Assembly (NCBI GenBank): GCA_965217185.1
Contig: OZ244252.1
Location: 3,008,001 to 3,072,000, forward strand
DNA length: 64,000 nt
Direction: 5' to 3'
Origin: an uncultured Candidatus Entotheonella sp.
Lineage (GTDB): Bacteria > Tectomicrobia > Entotheonellia > Entotheonellales > Entotheonellaceae
Shown here: positions 18,233 to 27,713 of the stretch, piece by piece
How positions within the stretch are numbered: position 1 is the first letter of the stretch
Layout of the letters: the number at the start of each line of letters is the position of its first letter
Made by a program: the position numbers and the translations under genes
Notes under the pieces: generated by a model
The model's input: only the letters and a program-made list of their open reading frames with translations
Databases searched by the model: none
Told to the model about the DNA's origin: nothing

Positions 18233-19080
18233 TTGCCGCTTTTCTCGACTCGTGGGCGCTGTTTCACGACGCCTATCTGGCGGGCTGGCTCATCGGCGTG
18301 CTGCTGTCGCTGGTCGGCGTCTTCGTCGTCGCCCGCGACCAGATTTTCATCGGCGCGGCAGTGTCGCAGGCATCGCTGTTCGGCATCGCCGTCGGCATCT
18401 GGAGCGGCAGCATGCTCGGCGCCGCCGGCTGGTGGGAATCCGAGCTGTTCCACGCCGTCATGGGCGGGCTGTTCGCCGTTCTGGCGGCATTCGTCACCGC
18501 CCGCGCCGCGCACCGCGGCGGCCGCGAAACGCCCGAGGCCGTCACCGGCTGGGTCTTCCTCGTGTCGACGAGCGGCTCCATCCTGCTGATGTCGCAGAAC
18601 CGCCTCGGCATGGAAGAGATCAACCGGCTGCTGTCCAGCACCATCATCGGCGCCCACCGTCAGGACGTGTGGATTTTCCTGGGCCTGACGGCGTTGACCG
18701 GCCTCGTGCTCAGCTTCAAATACCGTTCGGTCGTGCTGATCGCCCTTGAACCCGACATGGCCCGCGTCGCCGGGTTGCGCGTCGGGCTCTGGAACGGCCT
18801 GCTCGCCGCCTGGCTCGGCATTGTCATCGGCTTCGCCATTCACGTTTCAGGCGTCGTCTACGCCTTCGCCAGCCTCGTCCTGCCCGCCCTGATCGCCAAG
18901 AACCTCGGCCGGACGGCCAGAAGCCTGTTCTTCCTGGCTCCCTGTATCTCGCTTGCAACCGACGTCGTTGCCTTCATCCTCGCCAACCACTACGACTTCC
19001 CGCCAGGCCAGACGGCGGCCGCCTGTCTGTGCGCGCTGTTGGCCTGCGTCTGGCTGTTTCGCGCCGTGCGTCCGCGGTAA
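18229..19080 (+). CDS. Metal ABC transporter permease (ZnuB-like)
   Basis: Multi-TM protein in the operon; DFPPG near the C-terminus. Confidence 0.88.
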   Translation: MIAAFLDSWALFHDAYLAGWLIGVLLSLVGVFVVARDQIFIGAAVSQASLFGIAVGIWSGSMLGAAGWWESELFHAVMGGLFAVLAAFVTARAAHRGGRETPEAVTGWVFLVSTSGSILLMSQNRLGMEEINRLLSSTIIGAHRQDVWIFLGLTALTGLVLSFKYRSVVLIALEPDMARVAGLRVGLWNGLLAAWLGIVIGFAIHVSGVVYAFASLVLPALIAKNLGRTARSLFFLAPCISLATDVVAFILANHYDFPPGQTAAACLCALLACVWLFRAVRPR

Positions 19081-19916
19081 GACCGTCCCGCAGCGGGAAA
19101 ACCGCCGCCAAAAAGGCGCTGGGCATTCTCCCACACCACTTCCCTCACCTCTCCCAGCGACACACCTTTGAGACGCGCCGCCTCGGCGGCAAGGCGCGCG
19201 ATCAGGGCGGGCGTGGTGGGTTGACCGGCGAACTCACCGCCGTACGGCCAGGGGCCGTCGGTTTCCAGCAGAAGGTTGCGAAGCGGCGTTGTCCGCACCA
19301 GTTCACGGTCGCGCTCCCGGTAGCAAACCTCCGGCGTCACCGACACAAAATAACCCGCCTCGCAGATGGCCGCGGTTGTCTCCGGGCTGCCCTTGTGCCA
19401 GTGGAACACGACGCCGGGCGGCTCGTAGCGCCGCACGATGGCCAATGCCTTGTCGGCAGCGGCGTGCGGCGCGTGCAGGACGGCCGGCAGGCCCAACTCC
19501 ACGGCGCCCTTCACCAGGGCGTGCAGAAAGGCTTCGTGATGCCGCGCCTGCTCGGCCGTCATAGAACCATCCAGCAGGGCGTAGTGCGGCAGGCCGACTT
19601 CCCCCAAGGCCACCACCCGGTCGCGATGCATCCGCAATTGGGTGAGCACCGCTTCCACCTCCTCCCAGGATGCCTCGGGGCGCTCCGGGTGCAAGCCCAA
19701 CGCCGCCCACACGTGCGCCGGTTGCTGTTGTTGCAGGGCCAGAATGCTGCGATTGGAGGTCAGCCCGGTGCCCGCCGCAACGATTACCTCCACCCCGGCT
19801 TGCTCGCTCTGGCGGCAGACGGCGGCGAGGTCGTCATAGGCGGGGGCATCGAGGTGGCAATGGGTGTCGATGAAGGGCATGCGCTGTTCCGTGGCATGGC
19901 GAGGCAGGCTGGTCAT
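18990..19916 (-). CDS. tatD: TatD-family nuclease
   Basis: IDTHCH, GLHP, GEVGL, LH, FHW, ETDGPW and NAQRLF. Start may be 19880. Confidence 0.9.
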   Translation of the reverse strand: MTSLPRHATEQRMPFIDTHCHLDAPAYDDLAAVCRQSEQAGVEVIVAAGTGLTSNRSILALQQQQPAHVWAALGLHPERPEASWEEVEAVLTQLRMHRDRVVALGEVGLPHYALLDGSMTAEQARHHEAFLHALVKGAVELGLPAVLHAPHAAADKALAIVRRYEPPGVVFHWHKGSPETTAAICEAGYFVSVTPEVCYRERDRELVRTTPLRNLLLETDGPWPYGGEFAGQPTTPALIARLAAEAARLKGVSLGEVREVVWENAQRLFGGGFPAAGRSYRGRTARNSQTQANSAHRQAAAVWPGGKS

Positions 19917-20431
19917 TGCTTCACCAGGGTTACGCTGGCGATGGACCAGCCTGCAGCCGTTCGCTGAAGCTGGAAGCGCAGGCCGCGCTGCCAGAAGAGG
20001 TGGAACTTTTCGGTCACCACCACCCGGCCGCCGCCTTGCATCACCGTGAACAGGTAACTGCGGTAGATGATGCGGTCCGCGCCGGACGGCGCCTCGGCGT
20101 GCTGCAGACGCAGGCGCAACTCCTCGCGGAATGGCTCCACGGCCAATGCCGTCAAGTTCGTTGAGTCGCCTTGGTAGAGCGCGCTGTAATAACTTCGCAC
20201 GGCCAGAAACGGGGTTGAGAGGTCGAAGAACGCCTCATCGGCGGGCAGGGTCAAACGCGTCCAATCGCGGTGCCAAGTGTGGTTCAGAACGATGTCCGTC
20301 AGGCGACCCGCATGCGGCGCGGCGTAGGTGCCAACGACCACAGTTATGATTAAGGCCGCCGCCACGCCCCCGACGATGCGTATGAATTTCAGCCGCGTGT
20401 CGGGCTGTCCTGCAGAGGGATTCGGGTCCAT
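19913..20431 (-). CDS. Hypothetical protein with N-terminal TM anchor
   Basis: Translationally coupled within the operon; one hydrophobic segment. Confidence 0.65.
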   Translation of the reverse strand: MDPNPSAGQPDTRLKFIRIVGGVAAALIITVVVGTYAAPHAGRLTDIVLNHTWHRDWTRLTLPADEAFFDLSTPFLAVRSYYSALYQGDSTNLTALAVEPFREELRLRLQHAEAPSGADRIIYRSYLFTVMQGGGRVVVTEKFHLFWQRGLRFQLQRTAAGWSIASVTLVKQ

Positions 20432-20458
20432 GGGCCGGAGTGAGCCTCCCCTGCAGAC

Positions 20459-21226
20459 CTATTTCAGCCGGTCCTGCAGATCGGCCTTGAATTCCTGCGC
20501 CCGCGCCCACCAGATCGTTTCTTCGGGTAGGGGACGCGCGGCCTCCATGTACTCGTCCCACACGCGCAGGCCCTCGGAGGAGTTCATGCGTTTGTAGACC
20601 ATCCCCAGATTGTAGAGCGCCGCCGGGTAGCCGGGCCGCTTCTGGATGGCCTTCTTATACGCCTGCACCGCGCAGTCGAGCTCGTAGTAATCCATCGTGC
20701 CGTTGGACTCCAGCCCGCGCATGGCATAGGCGTTGCCGCGATTGAACTCGGCCTCGGGATACGTCGGGCGCAGTTCAAGGGCTTCGTCGAAGGCGTTGAT
20801 GGCCTCGCGGTAGCGCTCGCGGTGGAGCAGGGCCGTCCCCAGCGCGTAGTGCGCTTCGGCCCAGCCCGACTGCAGCTCGATGGCCTTTTCAAGGTGTTCG
20901 ATGGCGGCCTGCGGATCGCCCTGCTGCACCAGCAAGGTGCCGAGGTTGAACATCACGAGCGGGTCGTCGGGCTGCTTTTCAAGCGCCTGACGGCATTGCC
21001 CCGCGGCGGCATCCCAGCGTCTGTCCTTGCTGTAAACGATCGCCATGAGCGCATGCGCAGCGGCGGCCGGCGACTCATCCTGAAGCAGAAGGTCGCCGGT
21101 TTCCTCGGCCTCCTTCCAACGTTCCGCCTCGACAAGCAATTGCAACAGCGCCAAGCGCGTCTCGGCGTCCGCTGGGTCGGCCTCCACGGCCTGCTGCAAA
21201 CGGTTAATTTCCGCCTCATCTGCCAT
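20459..21226 (-). CDS. Tetratricopeptide repeat protein
   Basis: Repeated 34-aa TPR patterns (AHYALG, FNRGNAY, LYNLG). Confidence 0.88.
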   Translation of the reverse strand: MADEAEINRLQQAVEADPADAETRLALLQLLVEAERWKEAEETGDLLLQDESPAAAAHALMAIVYSKDRRWDAAAGQCRQALEKQPDDPLVMFNLGTLLVQQGDPQAAIEHLEKAIELQSGWAEAHYALGTALLHRERYREAINAFDEALELRPTYPEAEFNRGNAYAMRGLESNGTMDYYELDCAVQAYKKAIQKRPGYPAALYNLGMVYKRMNSSEGLRVWDEYMEAARPLPEETIWWARAQEFKADLQDRLK

Positions 21227-21260
21227 CTTTATATCTCCGTGATGTTTCAAGCATTGTGGT

Positions 21261-21743
21261 TCACAGCGGGTCGCGCCACAGGATGAGGGCGTCCTCGCTC
21301 GGGCGCTGGTAATACTTGGGGCGGACGCCTACCGGGGCGAATCCCAGGCGATAGTAAAGCTGCTGCGCGCCGACGTTCGAAGCCCGCACTTCCAGGGTGG
21401 CGCGGGCGCAGTCGGCCTGCCGCGCCTGTTCCATGGCCTCCGACAGCATGTGCTGCGCGATGCGCTGCCGACGCCAAGCCGGCGCCACGGCAAGGATCAT
21501 GACGTGCATTTCATCCAATACCGCGCGGTAGCCGACGTAGCCGACGATGGTGGTGGGCCGCTTCTCCAGGCGCGCGACCAGCAGTTGGGAAGCCGGACCC
21601 TGCCGCATTTCGGACAGGAACATGGTGTCGGTCCAGGGCATGCTGAAGGATTTGTGCTCGATGGCGAGAACGGCGTCGAGGTCGCCGGCCAGCATCGGCT
21701 CCATCAAGACGCTGGGTTTGCGCGCGGTGGCTGTCCGCATCAC
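21261..21743 (-). CDS. rimI: Ribosomal-protein-alanine N-acetyltransferase
   Basis: F..PW, LAVAPAWRRQ, LEVRASN, LY..GF and YY..EDA. Confidence 0.88.
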   Translation of the reverse strand: MMRTATARKPSVLMEPMLAGDLDAVLAIEHKSFSMPWTDTMFLSEMRQGPASQLLVARLEKRPTTIVGYVGYRAVLDEMHVMILAVAPAWRRQRIAQHMLSEAMEQARQADCARATLEVRASNVGAQQLYYRLGFAPVGVRPKYYQRPSEDALILWRDPL

Positions 21744-22414
21744 GCCGCCGCCTGGCTCGGAAAGCGTTCAAGAGCGCCCGTGTCAGTATCGAAGACGTAG
21801 TACTCGTGCTTCAATTCTTCGAGCGAGTAGACGGTGCTGGCGCCGCTGCGGGCTTCGCGGTAGAAGTGGGCGTGGCCGCAGAGCATGACGCGCGGCTGCA
21901 CGGCGTCGAGGATTGCCCGGATGGCGGGCACGCCGTAGTCCGGCTCGCGCCCGTAGCCCAGACCGGCGGGGCAGCCGTGCGCCAGAAACACGTCGATTTG
22001 CCGCAGGGGCAGGCACTTGTCGACGTCTTCACGCACGAAATACGCCAGGCTTTCCGTGGGCCGCGGGTCGGCGGGGTCGAGGTCGTAATACAGATCGTCG
22101 AAGGCACCGTTCAACCCGGCGATGCGCACGGTCTCGGCGCCCTTGGTCAGGGTCACCGCCTCACCCGGCTTGAGGTTGTGGAAATGCTCCAACGGGCGCT
22201 CACCGCTTTCCACCTGCCGCACCACGTCCGGCCAGTCGTTGTTGCCGATGATCCAGTACACCGGGCGAGCAAACGAACGATAGTGGCACATGTCGCCCAC
22301 CTGCAGGAAGGCGTCCACCTGGAGCGTCTCCGTCAACTGCACCGCAAAGTCCACCCCCAACACGTCACTGCCGGGAAGATAACCGTGAATGTCGCCCAAA
22401 ATGCCCAGCCGCAT
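21740..22414 (-). CDS. Calcineurin-like metallophosphoesterase
   Basis: GDIHG, VGD, GNND and GHAH motifs. Confidence 0.85.
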   Translation of the reverse strand: MRLGILGDIHGYLPGSDVLGVDFAVQLTETLQVDAFLQVGDMCHYRSFARPVYWIIGNNDWPDVVRQVESGERPLEHFHNLKPGEAVTLTKGAETVRIAGLNGAFDDLYYDLDPADPRPTESLAYFVREDVDKCLPLRQIDVFLAHGCPAGLGYGREPDYGVPAIRAILDAVQPRVMLCGHAHFYREARSGASTVYSLEELKHEYYVFDTDTGALERFPSQAAA

Positions 22415-22637
22415 CGTTCGTATCCTCTTGCATCGGGTGTTTGCCCACCGCACTGCTGCGTAAAGTAACAGAAGCCCTGAAGGGGCTCAACCTTCTTCGC
22501 ACAAGGATTGGGGCGGGGAAAACGGGCATCAGGCTGGATATGCCAGGCATTGCGTTGTATAGTCGCCGCGTTGTCAGGTACAAACCTACCCCCATGAATT
22601 CAGTAGCAGTACATCGAACACGATCAGGAGTTTCGAG

Positions 22638-24332
22638 ATGGCCCGAGAGGGACGCAATGGGCTTGAAGACGTTGCCGCTCAGCATCAAAAGTGGGACACG
22701 GAGGTTGTCGAGCCCGCCTTGGCGCGGTCGCCGGAGCGGCAGGAGGCGTTCAAGACCCTTTCGGGGCTGCCGGTTTCCCGCCTGTACACACCGCTGGACC
22801 GGTCGGAAGACGACTACCTTGAAGACCTCAGCTTTCCCGGCCAGTTCCCGTTCACCCGCGGCATCCATCCGACCATGTACCGCGGACGCCTGTGGACCAT
22901 GCGCCAGTACGCCGGGTTCGGCACCGCGGAAGCCTCCAACCAACGCTACAAATTCCTGCTGGAGCGCGGCCAGAAAGGGCTGAGCGTCGCCTTCGACCTG
23001 CCCACCCAGATCGGCTACGACTCGGACCACCCGATGGCGGCCGGCGAGGTCGGCAAGGTGGGCGTGGCCATTGCGTCGCTGCAAGACATGGAGACGCTCT
23101 TCGACGGCATCCCGCTCGACCGCGTCAGCACCTCCATGACCATCAACGCCACCGCCGCCACCCTTCTGGCGCTCTACATCGCCGTGGCCAAGAAGCAGGG
23201 CGTCGATCCCGCCAAGCTCACCGGCACCGTCCAAAACGACATCCTCAAGGAATACATCGCCCGCGGCACCTACATCTATCCGCCCGGCCCCTCGATGCGG
23301 CTGATCACGGACGTATTCGCCTACGCGCAAGAGGCGCTGCCGCGCTGGAACACCATCAGCATCAGCGGCTACCACATCCGCGAGGCGGGCTCCACCGCGG
23401 TGCAGGAAGTCGCCTTCACGCTGGCCAACGGCATCGCCTACGTCGAGGCGGCGCTCGAAGCCGGGCTCGACGTCGACACCTTCGGCACGCAGCTTTCCTT
23501 TTTCTTCAACGTGCATAACGACTTCCTGGAGGAAATCGCCAAATTCCGGGCGGCGCGGCGGCTGTGGGCCCGCATCATGCGCGACCGCTTTCGGGCGCAC
23601 AACCCACGCGCCCAGATGCTGCGCTTTCACGCCCAGACAGCCGGCAGCAGCCTCACCGCCCAGCAGCCGAACATCAACATCGTTCGGGTAGCCATTCAGG
23701 CCATGGCGGCCGTCCTCGGCGGCGCCCAATCCCTGCATACCAACTCGCGCGACGAGGCCCTCGCCCTGCCCACCGAGGAGGCCGTGCAAATCGCCCTGCG
23801 CACCCAGCAGATCATCGCCCACGAAACCGGCGTCGCCAAAGTCATCGACCCGGTCGGCGGCTCGTATGCCATCGAGGCGCTGACGGACGCCATCGAGGCG
23901 GGCGCGCGCGCCTACATCCAGCAGATCGACGACATGGGCGGCGCGGTCAAGGCCATCCAATCCGGCTTTCCGCAGCACGAAATCCAGCAGAGCGCTTACA
24001 CGTATCAGAAGGAAATCGAGGACAAAACACGGCTCATCGTCGGCATGAACGCCTTTACCATGGAAGAAGACGCCACCCCGCCGATCATGCAAATCGACCC
24101 TGCGCTCGAAAAACAGCAGATCGGCCGGCTGCAAGCCCTGCGCTCGCAACGCGACAATCAGAAAGTGACCGCCGTCTTGCAAACCCTGGAGCAGAGCGCG
24201 CGCGGCACCGACAACCTGATGCCGCCGCTGATCGCCGCGGTCGAGAGCTACGCCACCCTGGGCGAGATTGCCGACACCCTGCGCGGCGTTTTCGGCGAGT
24301 ACCAGGAGCGGGTAGTGCTGAGCGGCGCCTAG
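22638..24332 (+). CDS. Methylmalonyl-CoA mutase, substrate-binding (large) subunit
   Basis: [33 protein letters not shown] and GGAQSLHTN. No fused B12-binding domain. Confidence 0.95.
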   Translation: MAREGRNGLEDVAAQHQKWDTEVVEPALARSPERQEAFKTLSGLPVSRLYTPLDRSEDDYLEDLSFPGQFPFTRGIHPTMYRGRLWTMRQYAGFGTAEASNQRYKFLLERGQKGLSVAFDLPTQIGYDSDHPMAAGEVGKVGVAIASLQDMETLFDGIPLDRVSTSMTINATAATLLALYIAVAKKQGVDPAKLTGTVQNDILKEYIARGTYIYPPGPSMRLITDVFAYAQEALPRWNTISISGYHIREAGSTAVQEVAFTLANGIAYVEAALEAGLDVDTFGTQLSFFFNVHNDFLEEIAKFRAARRLWARIMRDRFRAHNPRAQMLRFHAQTAGSSLTAQQPNINIVRVAIQAMAAVLGGAQSLHTNSRDEALALPTEEAVQIALRTQQIIAHETGVAKVIDPVGGSYAIEALTDAIEAGARAYIQQIDDMGGAVKAIQSGFPQHEIQQSAYTYQKEIEDKTRLIVGMNAFTMEEDATPPIMQIDPALEKQQIGRLQALRSQRDNQKVTAVLQTLEQSARGTDNLMPPLIAAVESYATLGEIADTLRGVFGEYQERVVLSGA

Positions 24333-24343
24333 GAAGCCAGCCG

Positions 24344-24604
24344 ATGAAATGCCCCAGTTGCAACTACGTCAGCCACGATTACCTGGATGTCTGCCGAAGC
24401 TGCGGCAATGATTTATCGGCTTTCAAGACGGAGATCGGCCTGCGCGTCCGGCCGCCCGGCGTCGTCTTGGACCTGAGCGAGGCCGCGGCGGACCACACCC
24501 AGCCGGCGGTTCCCGGCATCGAAACTGGCGCGCCGGAGGCCATGCCGACCCTTGAATTTGTCGAAATAGAGGATGAAGAACCCAGCGACGGCACCGGCCC
24601 CTGA
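24344..24604 (+). CDS. Small zinc-ribbon protein
   Basis: MKCPSC...CRSC followed by an acidic tail. Confidence 0.7.
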   Translation: MKCPSCNYVSHDYLDVCRSCGNDLSAFKTEIGLRVRPPGVVLDLSEAAADHTQPAVPGIETGAPEAMPTLEFVEIEDEEPSDGTGP

Positions 24605-24632
24605 TCCCCGCTGCCCTGACGAAAGGATGAGA

Positions 24633-24824
24633 ATGACGACAGCCGTGACGTTGACGACCTTCGCGGTGATCTGCCTGGGCGCCAGCCTGGGCTTGGCCAT
24701 CCTGTTCCGCTTCTGGCCGGAATACGGCTCCGTCGAAGCCGCCTTGGAGCGCTCGGATGACCTGGTGGCCGAAGTGGAAACCGCCGCCTCTGCCGCCGGG
24801 CACGAGGCAGAAGGAGCCGCGTGA
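24633..24824 (+). CDS. Small single-TM protein
   Basis: RBS AAGGA, hydrophobic helix, and overlap with the next gene. Confidence 0.55.
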   Translation: MTTAVTLTTFAVICLGASLGLAILFRFWPEYGSVEAALERSDDLVAEVETAASAAGHEAEGAA

Positions 24825-25636
24825 TGGTCGCCACCCAGCCCGCCCTGCAAAGCTTGACGGACCGGACGCCCCGGCAACTGCGCGAACTTATTCGCGCCGG
24901 CGAATGGCGCACCCCCACCGCCGGTCTGGCGCCGGGGTACACGCAGGCCAACGTGGCCATCGTGCCCCGCGCCCTGGCCTACGATTTCCTGCTCTTCTGC
25001 CAGCGCAACCCGCAACCCTGCCCGCTGCTCGAGGTCCTGGACGCGGGCGACGGCGAGCCGCACGAACTGGCCCCCGGCGCCGACCTGCGCACCGACGTGC
25101 CGCTTTATCGGGTCTACCGCAACGGCGAACTGAGCGATGAGACCGACACCCTGTCGGCGTATTGGCGGGACGATCTGGTCAGCTTCCTGCTGGGCTGCAG
25201 CTTTACCTTCGAGCATCCGCTGCTGGCGGCCGGCATTCGCCTCAAGCACTGGGAACTGGGTTGCAACGTGCCCATGTACGTCACCAACCGCGCCTGCAAG
25301 CCCGCCGGATGCTTCCAAGGCCCGATGGTCGTCAGCATGCGCCCCATTCCGCAATCCCAGGTGGTGCGCACGGTACAAATCACCAGCCGTTTCCCGGCCG
25401 TGCACGGCGCGCCGGTCCACGTCGGCGACCCGGCGGCGCTGGGCATCGACGACCTGCAGAAGCCGGACTTCGGCGACCCGCTGCCCCTGGAGCCCGACGA
25501 GGTGCCCGTCTTCTGGGCCTGCGGCGTCACGCCCCAGGCGGTCATGATGCAGACCAAGCCCGAAATCGCCCTCACTCACTCACCGGGCCACATGTTCATC
25601 ACCGATCGCCGCGAGAGTGACCTGATGGCTTGGTGA
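24821..25636 (+). CDS. Putative hydro-lyase (DUF1445, D-glutamate cyclase family)
   Basis: [31 protein letters not shown] and HSPGHM. Confidence 0.9.
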   Translation: MMVATQPALQSLTDRTPRQLRELIRAGEWRTPTAGLAPGYTQANVAIVPRALAYDFLLFCQRNPQPCPLLEVLDAGDGEPHELAPGADLRTDVPLYRVYRNGELSDETDTLSAYWRDDLVSFLLGCSFTFEHPLLAAGIRLKHWELGCNVPMYVTNRACKPAGCFQGPMVVSMRPIPQSQVVRTVQITSRFPAVHGAPVHVGDPAALGIDDLQKPDFGDPLPLEPDEVPVFWACGVTPQAVMMQTKPEIALTHSPGHMFITDRRESDLMAW

Positions 25637-25664
25637 CCGGCTACTTCAGGAACGAGAGGGGCGG

Positions 25665-25949
25665 CTACTGCCGGTAGACGGTGTGAACGGGCCGGTCGCT
25701 CAAAATCTGCTCCGCACCCCAGTTGACCACCTTTTTGAACTGATCGGACTGGATAAATGCCTGGAAGGCGTCTTCCGAAGACCATTCGGAGACGATAAGG
25801 TAGGATTGAAGGTCCTGAACGTCCTTGTACAGGGCCGACTTCGTGTGCCCTTCCGTCGTTTGCAAGCTTTGCAGAACGTTCTCGAAGACCTTCTCGAACT
25901 GAACTTCCTTGCCCTGCAAAACCCTGTAATTCATACCCACGGTAATCAT
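25665..25949 (-). CDS. Antibiotic biosynthesis monooxygenase (ABM) domain protein
   Basis: 94 aa; YLIVSEWSSEDAF pattern. Confidence 0.8.
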   Translation of the reverse strand: MITVGMNYRVLQGKEVQFEKVFENVLQSLQTTEGHTKSALYKDVQDLQSYLIVSEWSSEDAFQAFIQSDQFKKVVNWGAEQILSDRPVHTVYRQ

Positions 25950-26148
25950 CTGCCTGCATCCCCTTCACAGGTCCTGTTCGTGCCTCGGCGCCAAGCGGCC
26001 ATTCTCCGGCGCCAGCCTAGCATGAAGGCGCCGGAGATGTCACTCGTTGTCCATGCTGGGTGATGGGCTCGCTTCGTGGTCTTGCGCGGGCCCAAGCTTT
26101 TGAGGAAGCGGACAGAGGTCGTCTTCTTCACGCCCTCCAATGACGATG

Positions 26149-27297
26149 TCATCGCCGGGGCCGCGGGAACTCGGCTAGCGAAAGAACGAGCCGCACCAAG
26201 TCGGCCTGCCGGGATATGCCTAGCTTGTTGTATACCTGCTTCATGAACCAACGGATGGTGCTTTCCTGCCGGCGCGTTGCGGCGGCAATGTCGCGTATGG
26301 TTCTGCCCTCGGCCAATGATACCGCCACTTGGCTCTCCGCCGGCGTGAGACCGAGGATTGATGCCACTAAATCCGGATCGATGCGCGGCTGGCTCCCCGG
26401 TTCGACGATCAGCGCCAGCGCGGCAACCCGATGGGCACTGAATTCCGCCTGACGGTTGCCCACGGGGCTCACGTGCAACGCCAACCGCAGCCGTCCGGGC
26501 GAGTGCCTAACCGCTATCGAGCCGCTGAGGTCTCCACCGCCGAAAGTCGGTAGCGCCCCCGCCAACAGCCGTTGGAGATCGGCGTCGGTTGCCGGCAAGC
26601 GGGCGCGCAGGAAGCCGTCTCGGTCCAGCAGCCCATCGCCTTGCCGCAGAAAACCACGGGCGCGGTCGTTCGCCTCGACGATCCGCCCTCGCCGGTCCAG
26701 GTGAATAACGCCGATCCGGGTATTGTCCAGCAGACCGGCAAGTGATGTTCCCAGAGCCTCAGCGCTCACCAGCGTCTGACGGATCCGGAAGAACTGACGG
26801 ATATGGGGCAAGAGACGTTCGACCATCTCGATCTGATCGGGTGCCCAGCCGTCCGCCTCGATGGGGTCTGCAATGGCCCAGATAATGCGGGATCCGTAGG
26901 GCCCGTCCATGCGCACGTTCAAGGCGTTCTGGGTGCCGGCGCGGCGCAGCATCTCGTTGTAAGTTGGAGAGGTCCTGAGCTCCTCTTCGGTGTAAAGGTC
27001 GGTGACGTGAACCACGCGGCTGTCAGGCAACTGCCTGAGGCGGGGTAGGCGTTCATCCTGGGAATGGTAGACCTCGAAGTACTCCCGCTCCAGGTCTTCA
27101 CGTCGTTGGCCTCCGTAGTAGAACCATGCCAGAAGAATGTCGACGTCGTCCCCGGTCCCCTCGGCAGCGACCAGTTCGTTACCCGTGGCGCCACAGGCCT
27201 CGTCGATCAGGGCAGCGGTTGACGGCCAGTGGGCATCGTCCAGCATGGCTTCGTGCAACGATACCAGGATGCGATCGAAAACGGTTTGTTCACTCAT
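26149..27297 (-). CDS. LuxR-family transcriptional regulator (GAF/PAS-like + C-terminal HTH)
   Basis: C-terminal GLTPAESQVA...KLGISRQADLV; PAS-like IVEAN. Confidence 0.88.
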   Translation of the reverse strand: MSEQTVFDRILVSLHEAMLDDAHWPSTAALIDEACGATGNELVAAEGTGDDVDILLAWFYYGGQRREDLEREYFEVYHSQDERLPRLRQLPDSRVVHVTDLYTEEELRTSPTYNEMLRRAGTQNALNVRMDGPYGSRIIWAIADPIEADGWAPDQIEMVERLLPHIRQFFRIRQTLVSAEALGTSLAGLLDNTRIGVIHLDRRGRIVEANDRARGFLRQGDGLLDRDGFLRARLPATDADLQRLLAGALPTFGGGDLSGSIAVRHSPGRLRLALHVSPVGNRQAEFSAHRVAALALIVEPGSQPRIDPDLVASILGLTPAESQVAVSLAEGRTIRDIAAATRRQESTIRWFMKQVYNKLGISRQADLVRLVLSLAEFPRPRR

Positions 27298-27489
27298 GAG
27301 GACGCTCCTCCTCTTCTGTTGTATGATCTATTTTCTTTTATATCAACTAATACATTCTATATTTTCCTCAATTAAACAGACCTCAACACCTATCCATTCC
27401 GAGTGATCGGATGTCGGTTGTTTCGATCGGTTCGAGATGCTTCGGGTCGTGCTTTGAGGTGGGTCTCAGGGTAGGCAGCCAGTCATAAT

Positions 27490-27578
27490 GTAGGTCGGAT
27501 TAGCGAAGCGTAATCCGACGTTCCACCGCGTCCGTGGGCTTCCGCTGTCGGATTACGCCTGCGACTAATCCGACCTAC
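27490..27578. repeat. GTAG-type REP doublet, copy 2
   Basis: GTAGGTCGGATTAGCGAAGCGTAATCCGAC...GTCGGATTACGCCTGCGACTAATCCGACCTAC. Confidence 0.85.
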
Positions 27579-27713
27579 GCGAATATGCGCTCACCGCGTC
27601 CCGGCCACGCCCCACCTTGTAGCTTCCTGGGGCGCGTGCTAAGGTTTTACGCCCTGCCGCGCCGCTGATTCACTGGCGGCTTACAAAGCAATCCCTTACA
27701 TGAGGAAGTTGTC

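Noticed and set aside
26003..26037. 11-bp hairpin downstream of the LuxR gene as an intrinsic terminator
   Set aside because: Large 13-nt loop and no U-tract on either strand.
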